Part shown: one piece after another, positions 1-9,117 of the stretch | Numbering within the stretch: the stretch's first letter is position 1 | How the letters are laid out: each line of letters begins with the position of its first letter | Virus record (IMG/VR): IMGVR_UViG_3300025168_000109 | Span: 1 to 54,880 of that record | Strand: one strand, 5' to 3' | DNA from: a virus | Taxonomy: Duplodnaviria; Caudoviricetes | DNA: 54,880 nucleotides | Position numbers and translations under genes: made by a program | The notes under the pieces: model-generated | The model's input: only the letters and a program-made list of their open reading frames with translations | Told to the model about the DNA's origin: nothing | The model's database searches: none

Positions 1-2
1 AC

Positions 3-1508
3 TATTGGGCTACAGTAGACGATAGTAGTTGTGCTACATTAAAAGTATTTGGATGTATAGATACTTCAATGTATAATTATGATTCTTTAGCTAACACAAT
101 GGATATGGTAGATACTTGTGAGTTTACCCTTGTACTGCATGATCTTATGGGAAATGGATGGGTAGGATCTAATTTAAGATTATTATTACCTGATACCTTT
201 TATGACTTTACACATACTGGAGGATTTGTTAATGAATATCAAATAGGTATAACAGCACCTGATCCAATAGCTTTTGTATTTAATATAGATCCTTTAGCAC
301 AATTTACAACAATAGAATGTGGATTTACTATGATTAATCCAGACGGAGACACTTTAATTAGTATTATGCCTCCGTTTATTACACCAAGCCTTATGTACCC
401 TTTAATAACAAATTGTGGTAATGAGTGTATAGAAAAAGTATATGGATGTCCAGACACATTAGCATGTAACTATGTTGAAGATGTTAACACGCCAACTACT
501 TGCGTGTATCCAGTACAGTATTATGATTGTAATAATCAATGTATACTTGATGTAGATAATGATGGTGTTTGTGATGAAAATGAAATTATAGGTTGTCAAG
601 ATCCTTTATATTATAATTATAATGTTCTTGCAACAGACTCAGGATTATGTATTCCATTTATATATGGTTGCACAGATCCTACAATGTTTAACTATGATGT
701 TTTAGCAAACTCTGATAATGGAAGTTGTATACCATTTGTATATGGATGTATGGATAGTACAGCGTTTAATTACAATGCATTAGCTAACACAGATAATGGT
801 TCATGTGATTCTATAGTTATTGGTTGTACAAATCCAATAGCAATAAACTATAATCCTAATGCTAACACTGACGACTTATCTTGTATATTACCTATATATG
901 GTTGTACTGATAGCACAATGTTTAATTATAATCCTTTAGCCAATGTTGACAATAATTCTTGTATTTCTTATGTGTATGGTTGTACTGACCCTTCTGCACT
1001 TAACTACGACCCTGCAGCTAACACAGAAGATTTTAGTTGTATTGATTATATTTATGGTTGTACCGACAGTACTGCTATTAACTATGATACGTTGGCTAAT
1101 ACTGACAATGGTTCGTGTATTGAAGCAATTGTAGGATGTATGGATGTCAATGCTTGGAACTATAATCCTTTAGCTAATGTAATTTTAGGACACGATTCAT
1201 TAGGATGTTTATATGCAGCAGAATGTAATGCAACAGAACCTGGAGAGCCTTACTTTTTAAATGATGCTTGTTATGCTTGGGTTATAGAAATAGATGAATA
1301 TTGTTGTAATAATACTTGGGATGAAATATGCCAATTAACATATAACTATTGTGAAGGAACTTATACAGGGCCTTTAACACAAAGAATAACAAATAAAGAA
1401 TTAATATCTATAACAGATATATTAGGTAGAGAAGCAAAAGAAAGTGATCATCGAATATTATTTTATAGATACAATGATGGAACAATTGAGAAAAGAGTTA
1501 GACAATGA
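3..1508 (+). CDS. Cys-rich repeat protein (GC[TM]D...NY...ANTD[DN]GSC repeats) with a T9SS-like C-terminal sorting signal; 5'-truncated by the window
   Basis: The frame is open from nt 3 (YWATVDDSSCATLKVFGCIDTSM...), so the ATG at 69 is probably internal. There are about ten ~26-aa GCxD repeats. The C-terminus ISITDILGRE...ILFYRYNDGTIEKRV resembles Flavobacteriales T9SS CTDs. The stop overlaps the next start (ATGA, 1505-1508). Confidence 0.7.
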   Translation, partial: YWATVDDSSCATLKVFGCIDTSMYNYDSLANTMDMVDTCEFTLVLHDLMGNGWVGSNLRLLLPDTFYDFTHTGGFVNEYQIGITAPDPIAFVFNIDPLAQFTTIECGFTMINPDGDTLISIMPPFITPSLMYPLITNCGNECIEKVYGCPDTLACNYVEDVNTPTTCVYPVQYYDCNNQCILDVDNDGVCDENEIIGCQDPLYYNYNVLATDSGLCIPFIYGCTDPTMFNYDVLANSDNGSCIPFVYGCMDSTAFNYNALANTDNGSCDSIVIGCTNPIAINYNPNANTDDLSCILPIYGCTDSTMFNYNPLANVDNNSCISYVYGCTDPSALNYDPAANTEDFSCIDYIYGCTDSTAINYDTLANTDNGSCIEAIVGCMDVNAWNYNPLANVILGHDSLGCLYAAECNATEPGEPYFLNDACYAWVIEIDEYCCNNTWDEICQLTYNYCEGTYTGPLTQRITNKELISITDILGREAKESDHRILFYRYNDGTIEKRVRQ

Positions 1509-2002
1509 AGATAAGCAAGCATGTAAGTTATAAAGAAGGTGTTCACAGTAACACAGCTTTAAGAAAAGGATTAGACAATACTCCAAATAAAGAGCAATTA
1601 AAATGTATGAAAGAAATTGCTGAAGATATTTTTGAGCCGCTTCGCGCGTATGTAGGAGGACCAATAAAAATTAATAGCTTCTTTAGAGGAGAGCCTGTTA
1701 ATACTGCTATAGGAGGATCTAAGAATTCTCAGCATATGAAAGGGCAAGCTATGGATATAGATGATACTTTTGGTAGAATGTCAAATGCAGAAATGTACAC
1801 TTTTATAAAAGATCATTTAGACTATGATCAACTTATATGGGAGTTTGGTACTGAGTATCCAGAAGGTAATCCTAATTGGGTACATATTAGCTATGTAACT
1901 CATAGAGCAAATAGAAAACAAGAAGTAATTGCTATAACAAAAAATAGAAAAACTAGATATATAAAAGGGGAAGGAATTAACGAATACTTAAAAAACAAGT
2001 AA
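1505..2002 (+). CDS. Peptidase M15-family Zn peptidase, probable endolysin
   Basis: M15 motifs INSFFR, SQHMKGQAMD (H...D ligands) and WVHIS. Confidence 0.85.
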   Translation: MKISKHVSYKEGVHSNTALRKGLDNTPNKEQLKCMKEIAEDIFEPLRAYVGGPIKINSFFRGEPVNTAIGGSKNSQHMKGQAMDIDDTFGRMSNAEMYTFIKDHLDYDQLIWEFGTEYPEGNPNWVHISYVTHRANRKQEVIAITKNRKTRYIKGEGINEYLKNK

Positions 2003-2247
2003 TGGCTAAGTGGATAAAACAACCAACTACAACAACAAACGTATATACAACAGATGCAAACTTTGTACATGATCAAGGCGTAGCTGCTGCAATATGGACT
2101 GTTCAGCATAATCTAAATAAAAAATGTAGTGTAACTGTAGTGGATTCAGCAAATCAAATAGTAGTAGGTGAAATAGTCTATAATTCAGACAACCAAGTTA
2201 CTATAACTTTTTCAGGCTCTTTTTCAGGAAAAGCCTATTTTAATTAA
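2002..2247 (+). CDS. Small tail-fibre-associated beta protein
   Basis: WTVQHNLNKKCSVTVVD...VTITF resembles the C-terminal domain of the downstream fibre. TAATG coupling with the upstream gene. Confidence 0.55.
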   Translation: MAKWIKQPTTTTNVYTTDANFVHDQGVAAAIWTVQHNLNKKCSVTVVDSANQIVVGEIVYNSDNQVTITFSGSFSGKAYFN

Positions 2248-2266
2248 CATATAAAAAACCAAAACA

Positions 2267-4672
2267 ATGGCAGAAATAAAATATTTAGTACATCTAAATT
2301 TAAACGATCAAGAGCTTCAGAATGTGAAGCTGCAACACCTTAACGCTGATCCGACAGCTGTTGAAGGTAAAATATTCTATCACAGTGGTAGTAATGTAAT
2401 AAAATTTCATAACGGATCTAGCTGGATTTCTTTATCTGCAGCAACAGGAGATATTACTGCTGTAACTGCTGGTGATGGTTTAACTGGTGGTGGTAGTTCA
2501 GGTGCTGTAACATTAAATGTTGTTGGTGGTACTGGTATAACAGCTAACGCTGATAACGTAGCTATTACAGCTGGTGGTGTTGATACAACTCAATTAGCAG
2601 ATGACGCTGTTACAGCTGACAAGATAGCAAATTCTATTAATAGTGCAATTGCAGCTAACACCGCTAAAAATACTAATGTTAGTACAAATTTAGCTATATC
2701 AGGTAGTACTGGTGCAAGAACAATAACTTCATCAGACGGTAACAATGCAGTAATACCTGTAGCAACTACAAGTGTTTCAGGTGTAATGAGTCCTACAACA
2801 TTTGATGCGGTAACAGCTAACACGGCTAAATCTACAAATGCTACACACACAGGAGATGTTACTGGTAGTGGTGCTCTTACTATAGGAAATGATAAAGTTA
2901 CTTATGCTAAGATGCAAAACTTAGGAACTGGTAATAGAGTATTAGGTGCTACATCAACAGGAGCTATTGGAGAAACTCAAGTAGTTACTGCAATGATTGC
3001 AGACGATGCAGTTACAGCTGATAAAATAGCTAACTCTATAAATTCTGCTATAGCAGCTAATACAGCTAAAAGCACAAACGTATCTACTAACTTAGGAATA
3101 AGTGGATCAACTGGAGCTAGAACTATTACATCTTCTGATGGTAATAACGCTGTTATACCTGTAGCAACAACATCTGTCAGTGGTGTTATGTCACCAACTA
3201 TATTTGATGCTGTAACAGCAAATACTGCTAAATCAACAAATACAGATGTAGATGTATCTGTAGCAAATCTAAAAACTAGACTTGCGGGTGGTTTTGGATC
3301 TAACGCAGTAACAATTGGAGACAGTAGTGATGTAGTAACAATAGGTAATGACTTAACTGTAACAGGAGATTTAATTGTATCAGGTAATACTACAACAGTT
3401 AACACTGCTCAATTATCAGTTGAAGATCCTTTAATTGAATTGGCTAGAGGTAATACTGCAGACTCAGTTGACATAGGTATATATGGAAGATACACTGCAA
3501 GTGGAACTAAGTATGCTGGGTTATTTAGAGATGCTAGTGATGATGATGTTTGGAAATTCTTTTCAGCAACTGGTAACGGTAATGCTGCTCCTTCAGCAAG
3601 TACAACTATTAATACTAGTAATGGATTTGCTTTAGCAACTGTTCAAGCAGAACAATTTAAAGGAGCTTTAGCTGGTAATGCAAGTACAGCAAGTACTTTA
3701 GCAACTCCTAGAAATATTAACGGTGTTGCTTTTAATGGTTCTGCAGCTATAACTGTTACAGCAGCTGCAACTACACTTACAGGTTCATCTCTTAAAAGTT
3801 CAGTTACAGGATCTTCTTTAACTTCTTTAGGTACTATATCAACAGGTGTTTGGCAAGGTACTGCAATAGCTACAGCATACATTGCTAATGACGCTGTTAC
3901 TGCAGACAAATTAGCTAATTCAATTAACACAGCTATTGCTGCAAATACTGCAAAGAATACAAACGTTAGCACTAACTTATCAGGAACAACACATGCAAGT
4001 CAATATACAGTTAATTCTTCTGATGGAAACAATGTAACAATAGCAGAAGCATCTGGTACTATTGCAGGTGTAATGACAGTTGCACACCACAATAAATTAG
4101 ATGGTATAGAAACTTCTGCAACTGCAGATCAAACAGCTGCTGAAATTAGAGCATTAGTTGCTTCGGCATCAGACTCTCAAGTATTTACAGATGCAGATCA
4201 TACTAAGTTAAATGGTATAGAAACAAGTGCTACAGCAGATCAAAGTAAATCTGATATTGAAGGTTTAGCAATACAAACTGTAGGAGCAATAACTTCTGGG
4301 TCATGGACAGCTACTGACATTGCGGTTGCTCATGGTGGGACAGGATCAAGTTCTGCATCAGGGGCAAGAACAAATTTAGGAGTTGCTTATGCTAGTGATG
4401 CAGAAGCATTAGCAGCATCAAGTAGTACAAAGGTTGTAACACCTGCAAATTTAAAAGCAAGAAGTTATAAAGGAACTGTTGGTGGAGCTACAACAATAAA
4501 TGTTGATCACGGATTAGGAACAAGAGATGTAATAGTTCAATTGTATGATGCAAGTTCTTATGAAACTGTATATGCAGAAGTTGCTAGAACTCTTACAACT
4601 AGAGTTGTATTAAAATTTAATGAGGCTCCAGCTTCTAACGATATAATTGTATTAATAACTAAAGTAGATTAA
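2267..4672 (+). CDS. Tail fibre protein (801 aa) with internal repeats
   Basis: Ala/Thr/Ser/Gly-rich, with typical fibre motifs (GDITAVTAGDGLTGGG, ADDAVTADKI, LTVTGDLIVSGNTTTVNT, LATPRNINGVAFNGS, AHGGTGSSSASGARTNLG). Confidence 0.85.
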   Translation: MAEIKYLVHLNLNDQELQNVKLQHLNADPTAVEGKIFYHSGSNVIKFHNGSSWISLSAATGDITAVTAGDGLTGGGSSGAVTLNVVGGTGITANADNVAITAGGVDTTQLADDAVTADKIANSINSAIAANTAKNTNVSTNLAISGSTGARTITSSDGNNAVIPVATTSVSGVMSPTTFDAVTANTAKSTNATHTGDVTGSGALTIGNDKVTYAKMQNLGTGNRVLGATSTGAIGETQVVTAMIADDAVTADKIANSINSAIAANTAKSTNVSTNLGISGSTGARTITSSDGNNAVIPVATTSVSGVMSPTIFDAVTANTAKSTNTDVDVSVANLKTRLAGGFGSNAVTIGDSSDVVTIGNDLTVTGDLIVSGNTTTVNTAQLSVEDPLIELARGNTADSVDIGIYGRYTASGTKYAGLFRDASDDDVWKFFSATGNGNAAPSASTTINTSNGFALATVQAEQFKGALAGNASTASTLATPRNINGVAFNGSAAITVTAAATTLTGSSLKSSVTGSSLTSLGTISTGVWQGTAIATAYIANDAVTADKLANSINTAIAANTAKNTNVSTNLSGTTHASQYTVNSSDGNNVTIAEASGTIAGVMTVAHHNKLDGIETSATADQTAAEIRALVASASDSQVFTDADHTKLNGIETSATADQSKSDIEGLAIQTVGAITSGSWTATDIAVAHGGTGSSSASGARTNLGVAYASDAEALAASSSTKVVTPANLKARSYKGTVGGATTINVDHGLGTRDVIVQLYDASSYETVYAEVARTLTTRVVLKFNEAPASNDIIVLITKVD
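2597..3241 (+). repeat. Two 243-nt (81-codon) in-frame repeat copies, 2597-2839 and 2999-3241; a diverged third copy starts near 3884
   Basis: Manual codon alignment gives 78/81 identical amino acids but only 31/81 identical codons. Confidence 0.95.
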
Positions 4673-4675
4673 TAA

Positions 4676-5125
4676 ATGGCACAGAAGTATGAAAAGAAAG
4701 GCTCTCATAATTATTCAGCAACAGGAATAGGTACTACTAATGGTAAAGGCGAAGGAGACATTATGTATTATGGCAGTACTAATGTAAGCCAAGGTAGAAT
4801 TTATGTTCTCCATTATGCTGAAGCTGCGGAGTGGGTTCTAGCTGATGCTGACAATGCTGCTTCTGGAAACTTATTAGCAATAGCTATGGGTTCAGGAGCA
4901 GCTGATACAGTAGGAATGTTCTTAAGAGGTATGATATATGTGACAGGCGGCAGTGCTTTAACAGTAGCTAATGCAGGTAAGCCTGTTTATATTTCTACAT
5001 CAGCTGGAGTTATGACTTCTTCAATACCTACTGCAAGCAATGATTATGTAAGAATTCTAGGATATAATATAGCTAATAATATAATGTGGTTTAATCCCGA
5101 TAATAGTTTTATAAAAATAGCATAA
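4676..5125 (+). CDS. Putative virion structural protein (fibre-associated or cement-like)
   Basis: Lies among fibre genes. The pattern WVLADAD...LAIA...GKPVYIS...VRILGY resembles small phage structural beta domains. Confidence 0.5.
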   Translation: MAQKYEKKGSHNYSATGIGTTNGKGEGDIMYYGSTNVSQGRIYVLHYAEAAEWVLADADNAASGNLLAIAMGSGAADTVGMFLRGMIYVTGGSALTVANAGKPVYISTSAGVMTSSIPTASNDYVRILGYNIANNIMWFNPDNSFIKIA

Positions 5126-6069
5126 TGCCAAATATAAGCCATTTAAATAATAAAGCTGTAGCAAATATACATTCTTTTAATGGAACTGAATATGGTAATT
5201 TAGGAACAGTAAATCTTGTTACTGCTCCTGGGTTAGCAGCTTCATTTGCAGATGATAAAGCGGTTGCTAAATCAATAACTACTGGAACTGGACAATCAAT
5301 AAGAATAACAGATAGTAATGGTCATTTTAATTTTGTACATAATTCTGCTTATACAATATCTTTTTGGATTAAACCTGGTTGGAACAGTTCTTTAAATGCT
5401 AATATACATTTATTTACTAGTACAACTACTGGAACAACTAATTCAAGCGCTAACATGATAAGGATATATTATCACGAAAGTTTAAATAGATTATATTTTG
5501 AATATCGTTCTGCATCAAATGCTAAGAAATCTAACTTTTGGTTATTTCATGCGAACTCTGGTAACTATGCAGCAGCATATGCAGCAGCTGGTTTAGGAAG
5601 TTCATATTGGAGTGCAAGTAATAGAGGTAATGTTGGAGATGATAATTTTACAATGATTACTATTGCAAAATCAACAACCAATTCAGCTGGATCTAATTAT
5701 GCAAAAATGTATTGGAATGGTACTTACTTAGGCAATGGGCATTATGGAGCAAACGGAACAGGTCAAGGAACTCCTAATATGTCTACTGCTGATAGACAAA
5801 TTGCAATAGGTAGTAATTCTTGGACTTATGCAAAAAGTGGTAACAGTACAGAAACACAATATAATGATTTAACAATTTGGGACAAACAATTATCTGCATC
5901 AGAAGTTTCTGAGTTATATAATGAAGGAACTAGACTTGATGCAACACAGCATAGTGCAGCTGAGAATTTACATATGTACTACAAATTTGAAAACAATGGA
6001 AATGACAGTAGCGGTAATTCTCGTCCTGCATTTGTAATAAGTGGTAATTCTAACTTTGAATCAATATAA
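5125..6069 (+). CDS. LamG/concanavalin-A-like lectin-fold protein, probable receptor-binding or decoration protein
   Basis: Motifs YTISFWIKP, KMYWNG, DLTIWDKQLSASEVSELYN and YYKFENNGNDSSGN. Confidence 0.8.
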   Translation: MPNISHLNNKAVANIHSFNGTEYGNLGTVNLVTAPGLAASFADDKAVAKSITTGTGQSIRITDSNGHFNFVHNSAYTISFWIKPGWNSSLNANIHLFTSTTTGTTNSSANMIRIYYHESLNRLYFEYRSASNAKKSNFWLFHANSGNYAAAYAAAGLGSSYWSASNRGNVGDDNFTMITIAKSTTNSAGSNYAKMYWNGTYLGNGHYGANGTGQGTPNMSTADRQIAIGSNSWTYAKSGNSTETQYNDLTIWDKQLSASEVSELYNEGTRLDATQHSAAENLHMYYKFENNGNDSSGNSRPAFVISGNSNFESI

Positions 6070-6323
6070 TGAATTATTACATAGTAAATAATAATGTGTT
6101 TAATACTTTAGATAAAGTTAAAATTGATTATGCTTTAAATAGTATATCTAAAGATTTGTGGGTAGTAACTACTACTGAAACAGTAGCATTTAACATAGCT
6201 GAATATGAAAGTCCTGAAGCTATATGTGCGTATACAGTAGACAATCATTCTATATGGACAGGAGATGGCTTAGGTGTAGAGCCTTCGGAATTAGAAGATA
6301 TTAAATATTTAGAAGGAATATAA
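6069..6323 (+). CDS. Hypothetical protein (possible fibre chaperone or accessory protein)
   Basis: 84-aa ORF with TAATG overlaps on both sides. Confidence 0.55.
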   Translation: MNYYIVNNNVFNTLDKVKIDYALNSISKDLWVVTTTETVAFNIAEYESPEAICAYTVDNHSIWTGDGLGVEPSELEDIKYLEGI

Positions 6324-6850
6324 TGAGTTATATATATAAAAAAATATTAGCAGACACAGCGTTTACAGAACTTATACCTTTAAATAGTATAAAAGACTGG
6401 GAAACTATTACTATAGCTAATACCGGTGCAGATTCAATTATAAACGTATATTTGTACAAAGTTTTAGAATCCGTTACAGCTGCAGAGATAGAGCAAGGTA
6501 TAGGTGAGACAGCAGAAACAATTTCTATACTACACGACACATCTATGACTGCTGATGTAACTTTAGTTTTAGACCCTTCAGATTTTGATTTTGATAATTC
6601 TAATTATAGTCTAAGGTTTGACACAACTACAAGCGCAGATATAACTGTTAATGCTACTAGTCAAGAAGGATACGTTGATACAGATGTAGAAACAGGAGGA
6701 GGCTATGACGGAGAAGAAGGAGATGAAGGCCCAAAAGACAATATACAAACAACTATAAATGGTGCTTCTGGATTTAGGCAAAAAATAATTAGAGCAGCTG
6801 ATGTCTCTTGGCAAGATGCTTTTCCTAATTATAATGTACCTGCAAGTTAA
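6323..6850 (+). CDS. Hypothetical acidic protein
   Basis: 175-aa ORF, translationally coupled and D/E/T-rich. Confidence 0.55.
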   Translation: MSYIYKKILADTAFTELIPLNSIKDWETITIANTGADSIINVYLYKVLESVTAAEIEQGIGETAETISILHDTSMTADVTLVLDPSDFDFDNSNYSLRFDTTTSADITVNATSQEGYVDTDVETGGGYDGEEGDEGPKDNIQTTINGASGFRQKIIRAADVSWQDAFPNYNVPAS

Positions 6851-6861
6851 AAATAAAAATT

Positions 6862-7254
6862 ATGAGTATACTAACAAAAATATTATCAGGAGGAGCAACA
6901 GAATTAATTAAAGGTGTAGGTGGAGTTATAGATAACTTACACACATCTAAAGAAGAAAAGCTAGAAGCTGAGAAAAAAATAAAAGATATGATCATGGGGT
7001 ACGAAGCAGAAATGCAAAAGCAAGTTACAGAAAGATGGAAAATGGACATGCAATCTGACTCATGGTTATCTAAAAACATACGACCATTAACATTAATATT
7101 TTTAGTAGTATCAACAGTACTATTAGTATTTATTGATGCAGGAGTTATAGCTTTTGATGTTAAAGCTAGCTGGGTTGACTTATTACAGTTGGTTTTAATT
7201 ACTGTAATAGGGGCTTACTTTGGAGGGAGATCTCTAGAGAAAGTTAAAAAGTAG
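6862..7254 (+). CDS. Holin (3TM/GTA-holin-like family)
   Basis: Pattern RW..DM.SDSWLSKNIRP followed by two hydrophobic helices and GAYFGGRSLEK, with a basic C-terminus. Confidence 0.8.
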   Translation: MSILTKILSGGATELIKGVGGVIDNLHTSKEEKLEAEKKIKDMIMGYEAEMQKQVTERWKMDMQSDSWLSKNIRPLTLIFLVVSTVLLVFIDAGVIAFDVKASWVDLLQLVLITVIGAYFGGRSLEKVKK

Positions 7255-7273
7255 TAACCAATAACTAGATATA

Positions 7274-8404
7274 ATGGACAAAAACCAGATCAAGGCCTTC
7301 TTGAAAGACAGGCCTGGCTACCTTAAAGAGGGAGCTGAACGTCTTTCTGAAAGATTAGATTGTAGTGTAGAAGCATGTAGACATGCATTAAAAGAAGCAA
7401 GGATAGAAGCAAAAGAAAGTGAGTTTGGATTAGACAATGTAAGCACATCTGAAATAAGCGAATTTAAAGAGTTTCTAGACAGTAACGGAATATCAGAAGA
7501 TGATGTCAAGTCTGTAAAATTTTGGCAGACAATGAAGGGAGACAATAGATTTTCTGTAGTTACAAAAAGTGAGGGCAATATAATGAAAGAGGTTAAAGAA
7601 GAAATTCTTAAAGATCTTAAAGAGTATAGCCCTAAAGTTGAGAAGGAGTATAAACCTGTACAGGATCCTATAGTGTATGAAATATCTTTACCTGATATTC
7701 ATTATGGTAAGATAGATGGCCAAACACTAGAAGAAGCAGAAGATGCTTATATAGATACTATAAAAGATCTTATGAGTAAAGCTCGAGGATTAAATATAGA
7801 AAGAATACTTCTACCAATAGGTAACGATGGTATGAACTCTGAAGGATACTCAAGAGCTACTACTAAAGGAACCCCACAACATGATGGTGCAGAGTGGCAA
7901 GAAACGTTTGTTGGTTATTGTAATTTAATGGTAAGAGCAATACATTTTTTATCACACACAGCACCAGTAGACGTAATTATTATACAAGGTAATCACGACT
8001 ACGAAAGAATGTTTTATTCAGGAGAGTTTTTAAGAGCTTTCTTTTTAGAACATGATGGAGTAACAGTTGACAACAATTATGACTCTAGGAAGTATTATGA
8101 ATATGGAACAAATATGATTATGTTTACACATGGAGATAAAGAAAAACCTGCTGAAATGCCACTTATAATGGCAACAGAACAGCCTACTATGTTTGCTAGA
8201 ACAACACATAGAGAGGTTCATTGTGGGCATAAACATAAAGAAATGGTAAATGAATATCGTGGTATTAAAGTAAGATTTATACCTTCGATTTGTGGTAATG
8301 ATTCATGGCATAAAATGATGGGCTATGAAGCAAAGAGAACGGGACAAGCTCATATATGGAATAGAAAAAGAGGGTACGAAGGATATTTACAAACTAATCT
8401 ATAA
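7274..8404 (+). CDS. Calcineurin-like metallophosphoesterase
   Basis: All five motifs are present: PDIHYG, GND, GNHD, THGD and HCGHKH. Confidence 0.85.
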   Translation: MDKNQIKAFLKDRPGYLKEGAERLSERLDCSVEACRHALKEARIEAKESEFGLDNVSTSEISEFKEFLDSNGISEDDVKSVKFWQTMKGDNRFSVVTKSEGNIMKEVKEEILKDLKEYSPKVEKEYKPVQDPIVYEISLPDIHYGKIDGQTLEEAEDAYIDTIKDLMSKARGLNIERILLPIGNDGMNSEGYSRATTKGTPQHDGAEWQETFVGYCNLMVRAIHFLSHTAPVDVIIIQGNHDYERMFYSGEFLRAFFLEHDGVTVDNNYDSRKYYEYGTNMIMFTHGDKEKPAEMPLIMATEQPTMFARTTHREVHCGHKHKEMVNEYRGIKVRFIPSICGNDSWHKMMGYEAKRTGQAHIWNRKRGYEGYLQTNL

Positions 8405-8409
8405 AGAAA

Positions 8410-9117
8410 ATGACACTAAATGAAATTGCATATAATATTTTAAACTTAGTCAGAGGAGGAAACTCTCACCATGACGAAAGTATATCTTTAGATCAAATAA
8501 AGTTTAACATTCAATATTATAGAGCAATGTTAATTAGAAGAGACTTTGCGCGTAACGGTCTTGTAACTAGACACTTAGAACAAGACTTAGGATGTATAGA
8601 GTTAGAAAAAGTAGATGCAACAAAATGTTGTAAACTACCACTAAGTTGCCATGTAATGAAAAGTAAAGTTAGAATACCTAGAACAGTTAGATTTAATTTT
8701 ACTGATGCTATTACATATGTAGGAGCTATAGATGGTATAACTGATATACCTATTGTAGATTCTCATATGGTTAAATATTTAATATGGGATAAATACACAA
8801 AAGATAATACAAAAGCATATATGATAGAAGACTATTTATATTTAGTAAATCCACAAGATATAGGATTTGTAAATGTAAGAGGTGTATTTGAAGATCCAAG
8901 AGAAGTAGCAAGCTTTGACTGTAGTGGTTCTAATTGTTATGACGATGATAGTGCATATCCAATACCAGCAGACATGTTACAAATTATTACACAAGGATTA
9001 CAACAAGGAGAGATGTCAGTATTAGCAGGTACAATGTCTGATAGAATGTTAGATAGACAACAAGATCCTACAATGCCAACAGGAGGAAGACAAAAACAAA
9101 GTAAAAGTAACGAGTAA
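8410..9117 (+). CDS. crAss-like structural (tail ring/adaptor-type) protein
   Basis: The pattern MTLNEIAYNI...QIKFNIQYYRAMLI...VRGVFEDP...YPIP and the position just before the IHF-like/tube/muzzle genes match crAss-like tail modules (recalled, not searched). Confidence 0.65.
   Translation: MTLNEIAYNILNLVRGGNSHHDESISLDQIKFNIQYYRAMLIRRDFARNGLVTRHLEQDLGCIELEKVDATKCCKLPLSCHVMKSKVRIPRTVRFNFTDAITYVGAIDGITDIPIVDSHMVKYLIWDKYTKDNTKAYMIEDYLYLVNPQDIGFVNVRGVFEDPREVASFDCSGSNCYDDDSAYPIPADMLQIITQGLQQGEMSVLAGTMSDRMLDRQQDPTMPTGGRQKQSKSNE

Noticed and set aside
430-1220. CRISPR-like array suggested by regularly spaced ~78-nt repeats
   Set aside because: The repeats are degenerate at third codon positions and encode the GCxD protein repeat. 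There are no identical repeats with unique spacers.
2590-3972. Antisense ORFs over the tail fibre
   Set aside because: They mirror Ala/Thr/Val codons on the sense strand and have no independent support.
2597-3979. Diversity-generating retroelement TR/VR pair in the tail fibre
   Set aside because: The differences are synonymous and not adenine-specific, both copies are in frame within one gene, and no reverse transcriptase is present in the window.
6051-6058. Additional TAnnTTTG match (TAACTTTG)
   Set aside because: It lies within a coding end that is translationally coupled to the next gene, lacks the GCAC extension of the other two sites, and is a likely chance match in AT-rich DNA.
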